The translations under genes and the position numbers were made by a program. Below, one piece after another: positions 59,289 to 64,000 of a stretch of DNA of 64,000 nt. The stretch lies in contig NC_134028.1 in NCBI RefSeq assembly GCF_964204645.1, forward strand, positions 14,081,653 to 14,145,652, written 5' to 3'. Source of the DNA: Tubulanus polymorphus (lineage: Eukaryota > Animalia > Nemertea). The notes beneath the pieces were generated by a model that had not been told where the DNA came from, ran no database searches, and was given only the letters and a program-made list of their open reading frames with translations. Within the stretch, counting starts at the first letter, position 1. The number at the start of each line of letters is the position of its first letter.

Positions 59289-60201
59289 AAGCTAATAATT
59301 TATCAAATAACAACTTATAGAATATATAATATTGGTTAGTTTTAGGATGAAAATATTTGATATATTTATTTGGGTTATTTAACAATGGTATCATACTCAC
59401 CATTTTATAAACATTAATTAGATGTAACTTTGATTTATAATGAGTATTTTCATCAACAGGTTCAATTTTTTTATTACAATATTGACACGTTTTATTTCTT
59501 TCTATTTCTTCTAATTTCTTTTCATGTTCTTCTAACTTCCTTTCATTTTCGATATGCGCTTGAGATTTTTTATGTTTAGAAAAATTACTTTTAGAAATAT
59601 CTAAATTACAAATGTTACAATGTTTTTTAAAATCATCAATTGTTTCATTATCATTAGTTTCAATTGTATCAACATTATCTGTTATATTATCTATATTATC
59701 ATTTGTTTCAATTGTATTAACATTATCTATGATATTATCTATTATATTATTATCAGATATATTATTATCGTTATTATTCTTTTCTTTGTCTATATGTTTA
59801 TTTGATTTCTTATGTGATGCCCAATTTTTATATGATATATATTTCTTACATACATCACAATATTTTTCATTTGTCTTTTTGGTTTTGATATCAGGTTCAA
59901 TCTTATCATTATTAGATGTAGAAGGTATTACATTATTAGATGTAGAAGGTATTACATTATTAGATGTAGAAGGTATTACATTATTAGATGTAGAAGGTAT
60001 TGCATTATTATCAATTACATTACTTAAATTATCAACAACACCACTTTTATTATTATCGATTTCTATTAGTTTAGTTTTATAAATTTTGAAAATAGGATCA
60101 AATATCAAAGCTATATTACAAGGTATTACATAATATAAACCATCATTATTTTCATGTATATCGATGTATGGAATATGTTTATATACTTTACCTCCTTCCA
60201 T
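59275..60201 (-). CDS. Variable multi-C2H2 zinc-finger protein with NNVIPSTS repeats
   Basis: Three CxxC..H..H fingers; low-complexity Asn/Asp linkers. Confidence 0.8.
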   Translation of the reverse strand: MEGGKVYKHIPYIDIHENNDGLYYVIPCNIALIFDPIFKIYKTKLIEIDNNKSGVVDNLSNVIDNNAIPSTSNNVIPSTSNNVIPSTSNNVIPSTSNNDKIEPDIKTKKTNEKYCDVCKKYISYKNWASHKKSNKHIDKEKNNNDNNISDNNIIDNIIDNVNTIETNDNIDNITDNVDTIETNDNETIDDFKKHCNICNLDISKSNFSKHKKSQAHIENERKLEEHEKKLEEIERNKTCQYCNKKIEPVDENTHYKSKLHLINVYKMVSMIPLLNNPNKYIKYFHPKTNQYYIFYKLLFDKLLAYAES

Positions 60202-60233
60202 TTATTATATAAATTTTTATTAAAGTTAAAATT

Positions 60234-61135
60234 CTAATACATAACACTATTTAATTGAGAATTTACAATATTTAATTGCGCGTCAGATATAATATAAATA
60301 TGCATTTTAAAATTTTTGATTCCTTTATTCTTTGTCATGAATAATTGTATTCCATCTTTAGTGTTCTGTAGTTTTTTTCCAGAACCATGTAATGAATTAT
60401 CCTCTGTTGTTCTAAAATTTAACCATAATGCATATTTATTACCGGTATAATAATCAATTTGATTAATATTACAATTTTCAGATGATTTTACTTTTTCATT
60501 CATAAAATGTTTTCTAATTTCTGGCCACTGATCTATCATTCTCATTCCTTGACAAAATATTTTATTTGCTATTCCTTCGATAGTTATTTCTACTTTTGTT
60601 ATTTCAGGATTATAATAATTATCAACATATATTCCGCCATTAGTATATGTTGCAATTGTAAAAAATATTAATATACCTTTAATGGATCTTCTTGGGAAGT
60701 TAATATTCTCATTAATAATTTCATCATTTTTTAAATTTATCAATATAATCATATAATAATGAAAATCCTTGATTGTATTTAGTTTGAATTATACTGGAAA
60801 TATTTTCATCAGTTACTGTATCATATTCTAAACATATATTCGATAATTTATAACTCATATCTTTATTAACGCTAGATATTACAATTTCATTAACAGGAGC
60901 AAATGTTATCTCAAATATAACGTCTTCTTGAATTGCGTATTTATATAAAGGTGCATTATTATTTATCAATTCAAAGTCTAATGGAATTTTATATTTGCTT
61001 CCATATATACTTTTTATCAATTTATCTATAGCATTAGTTAATATTGCATTATGTGCTTTTGATCTTAATTTATTTTGGTTTTCTGATTGGATTCCTTGAA
61101 ACATCATATTATTTCTATTTACTTTAGTTAACCAT
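60234..61135 (-). pseudogene. Major capsid protein, 5' truncated and frameshifted
   Basis: ORFs 60724 and 60234. Confidence 0.85.
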
Positions 61136-61142
61136 AAGTAAA

Positions 61143-61428
61143 TATACTACAAATGTCAAATCTGTAGATTATAAATTCAAAAAGTTAACAGAATTAACAT
61201 TGGATAAGAAATATTTAATTACAAATTTTGAAACAATTACTAATAGATATGGTAATAAATTAGTTATTCACTTAGAATATGAAGGATTAAAAGGAAACAA
61301 ATATAAATTCAAACATATTCACCAGATAGATTTCATAGATTATCTAGTGAAGATATTGAAGAAGTGTGTTCTGGTGATTTCTATTTCATATACAAAGAAT
61401 GAAAAAGAATGTCATATAGATTTCGAAC
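61143..61428 (+). pseudogene. OB-like ORF fragment
   Basis: NVKSVDYKFKKLTEL..TNRYGNKLVIHLEY. Confidence 0.75.
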
Positions 61429-61466
61429 AATATAAAATCAATTTTAATAAAAAATTTGATATTCAA

Positions 61467-63314
61467 ATGGAAGCAAATAAGAAGTACTACTGTCCAACAT
61501 GTAAAATCAATATAGATAAATCTCAAAAAGCAAGACATAATAAAACTAAATCTCACTTAGAGAATAATTTGAAATTAGAATATAATAATGATATATTAGA
61601 AACTAAATTAGAAGAATTAAAGAATGAAAAAGAAATATATAAATGTGATACATATAATCAATCATTCAGTAACAAAAGATATTATAAAGAACATTTAAAA
61701 TCTAAAAATCATATTAGAAATATTAATAATGATATTTTAGGTGAAGATTATTTTGATACAGATATTAATAAGAAACAAAGCATAATTAAAAGAATAAAAG
61801 ATACATTAAACAATAAAAGACCATACATGGAAGATGTTAGAAATTATATTAATCCATTATATGATAAAAAAGATATTGAAATAACCGAAGCATTTAAAAG
61901 TGATATTGGACCAGCTGCTATTGAATTTAAATTTTATAAAGGCAAAACATTAGAAGAAAATAAAAAACATTTAGAAGATATGAAAAATATTATAACAATA
62001 ATTACAGACGTAGAATATCCTAAAATTAGTATATCTGATAAATTTACATTTATAAAATGGGAAGATAAACCAATATATGTTATAAATTCTCTTTCACAAC
62101 AATTATTTCAAAACAACATATAGATGATAAATAAAATAAATGTTATAATGAAGTAAAAAACAAAATAGAAGAGAAATATTTTGAAGGATTTGGTTTAATA
62201 TTTGATGAAATAATATGTATGACGTAATATGTGTACAATACAAAATATAATAAATTAACTAAATCAAAACCAATTGATCATATTATAAAGATGGTAATAT
62301 AAACGCATCAAGTTATATCAAATTGCCATTTAAAACTAATGCTGTTATAAATGTACAAAATGAAGATAATAAATGTTTTTTTTGTGGTCAATAATTAGTT
62401 GCTTACATCCAACAGAAGATATTACACATAGTTTTAGATTAACAAATTATATACCATTTGAAAATAATAATAGTAATAATAGTTATAATAATAAGATAGA
62501 CAGTTATCCGGTAAGAATTAAAAATATTCCAAAAATGGAAAGAGATAATAATCTAAAAATAAATGTATTTGATTAAATCAAATTACCAAAAATAAAATGT
62601 AATATTATTAAACATTATACATTAGAACCTTTGTATTTATCAAAAGATTATGATTCAAATGGTGTTATAGATATATTATATCATGAGAATCATTATATGT
62701 GGATAAAACAAATTGATTTATTTTTTAAATCAGAAAATGATTATACTCGTAAAATATATGTATGTAGAAAACGTATAACTAAATTCAGTAATGAAAGTGC
62801 ATTATTAAATCATAAACAATTATGTGATAATCATGATTATTATAAATTAATTTTACCAAATGAAAAAGATAAAATATTAGAATTCAAAAAATATGATTAC
62901 AAGAATAAAGTACCATTTGTAATATATGGAGATTTTGAATCATTAGATAAAGAATTAACTGATCAAGATAGAAAAGAAATATATTATAAAAGAAAGAAAT
63001 TAAATTCTAATGACAGTGATTTTTCAGACCCGCCAAAAACAAACACTATAAAAAAATTCATTAAATTGCTGCAGCTTTTGGATTATATACACAATCTGAT
63101 TATCCAGAACTAATTAAAAGTGAATATTATTATTATAGAAATGAAAATGTTGCAGATATATGTTATTATTGTAATCAAGTATTCTAGTCATCTGATAAAA
63201 AAGTAAGAGATCATGATCATTTGAATGGTTAATTTAGAGGTGTAGCAAATGAGAATTGTAACTTACAAGCTAAGAAAAACAATCTTGTTCCAGTTATATT
63301 TCATAATTTATCAG
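61467..63314 (+). pseudogene. pPolB 5' half, heavily decayed
   Basis: MEANKKYYCPTC through FHNLSG; many frameshifts. Confidence 0.9.
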
Positions 63315-63468
63315 GGTAGCCGACATTTCATGCTTGGTATGTTTTATTGTTTCTTTATGCAGGTTTGGACCAGTTCCTTTCGGTATTTAGTTTTCCTTAT
63401 AGGTGGCGTTTTCATCGCTAAACCCTGGTTGTCAGATGATCAGTGACCGCCATGTTTGAGAGACCAAT

Positions 63469-64000
63469 TGTAAAGAAATGAATTGTTGATAATTTGTTTA
63501 TTCCTCGCGGTGTGTATCACGTCTGAGGAAACATGTGTTGAAGTATAGAGAGCGTATACGCTGTGTATGAACTTCGAGTTCGTTGAAATTGTTCGTCTAG
63601 ATTCTCAATTATTTGCCGTTTATTGTTATCGTCGAAATTGAAAAAAATGACATCCGATGGTTTATCGAAATTCGTCTGGAATGTGAGTTATTTGGGCGTC
63701 AGTTCATCGTCTGGTTACAACTCAAGGTTGAAGGATTACGGTAATAATTATACATGTGCATGCGTGCATGATATAATAGCTAGCTAGCTTTACGGTTGTG
63801 TGTGTAAGGGTAAGCTGATCTCACAGTGAGAGCTTATGACTTTAGTTTAGTTGGTGAATGGTGAATATTTCCGGGAGAGAGACTCTGATATTTTCATTTC
63901 TGTTTATTTATTTGACAATCTGTGCTTTTCCTGTGCTTGTGCTCGTATTATAATAATATTCTGTGCTTATTGTGGTGTGTAGTAGAGTCACCTGGTGTCA
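63469..64000 (+). mobile_element. Possible LTR of a Gypsy-type retrotransposon with the start of its primer-binding site
   Basis: Window ends ..GAGTCA-CC-TGGTGTCA (CA end followed by a TGG PBS-like motif); LTR start is a guess. Confidence 0.3.

Noticed and set aside
61200-62123. Novel OB-pPolB fusion protein
   Set aside because: Chance open frame across a rearrangement; the OB part is frameshifted and pPolB keeps its own upstream motif and ATG at 61467.
63312-63427. hAT MITE (CAGGG..CCCTG)
   Set aside because: Weak TIR match, no 8-bp TSD, and pPolB does not resume afterwards.

Overview
AT-rich eukaryotic DNA, probably from an invertebrate animal (inferred from spliceosomal introns in the Harbinger genes and the transposon repertoire). 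About 80% of the window is a cluster of rearranged, partly decayed copies of one Polinton/Maverick (adintovirus-like) family: 6 pPolB, 5 major capsid, 4 integrase and 3 packaging ATPase pieces, in both orientations. Nested among them are a PIF/Harbinger transposon, a CAC..GTG (Chapaev-like) element, MITE-like elements and a decayed intronless CUB-like gene. Overlapping copies give a consensus map of two convergent arms: TIR > pPolB > small OB-like ORF > penton > six small/membrane ORFs > MCP > variable zinc-finger ORF > central repeats < ATPase < integrase < two ORFs < HNH < TIR. Three unusual signals stand out. (1) Nearly every viral gene starts at TAAATG behind a fixed-spacing T-run or A-run, resembling poxvirus late/intermediate promoters and suggesting a virophage-like dependence on a cytoplasmic helper virus. 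(2) Each terminus begins 5'-AGTAAT and folds into a 150-190 nt hairpin with recurring mismatches. (3) A central palindrome occurs in flipped isomers. No adenain-type maturation protease is visible. All protein calls rest on motifs recognised by eye; no searches were run.
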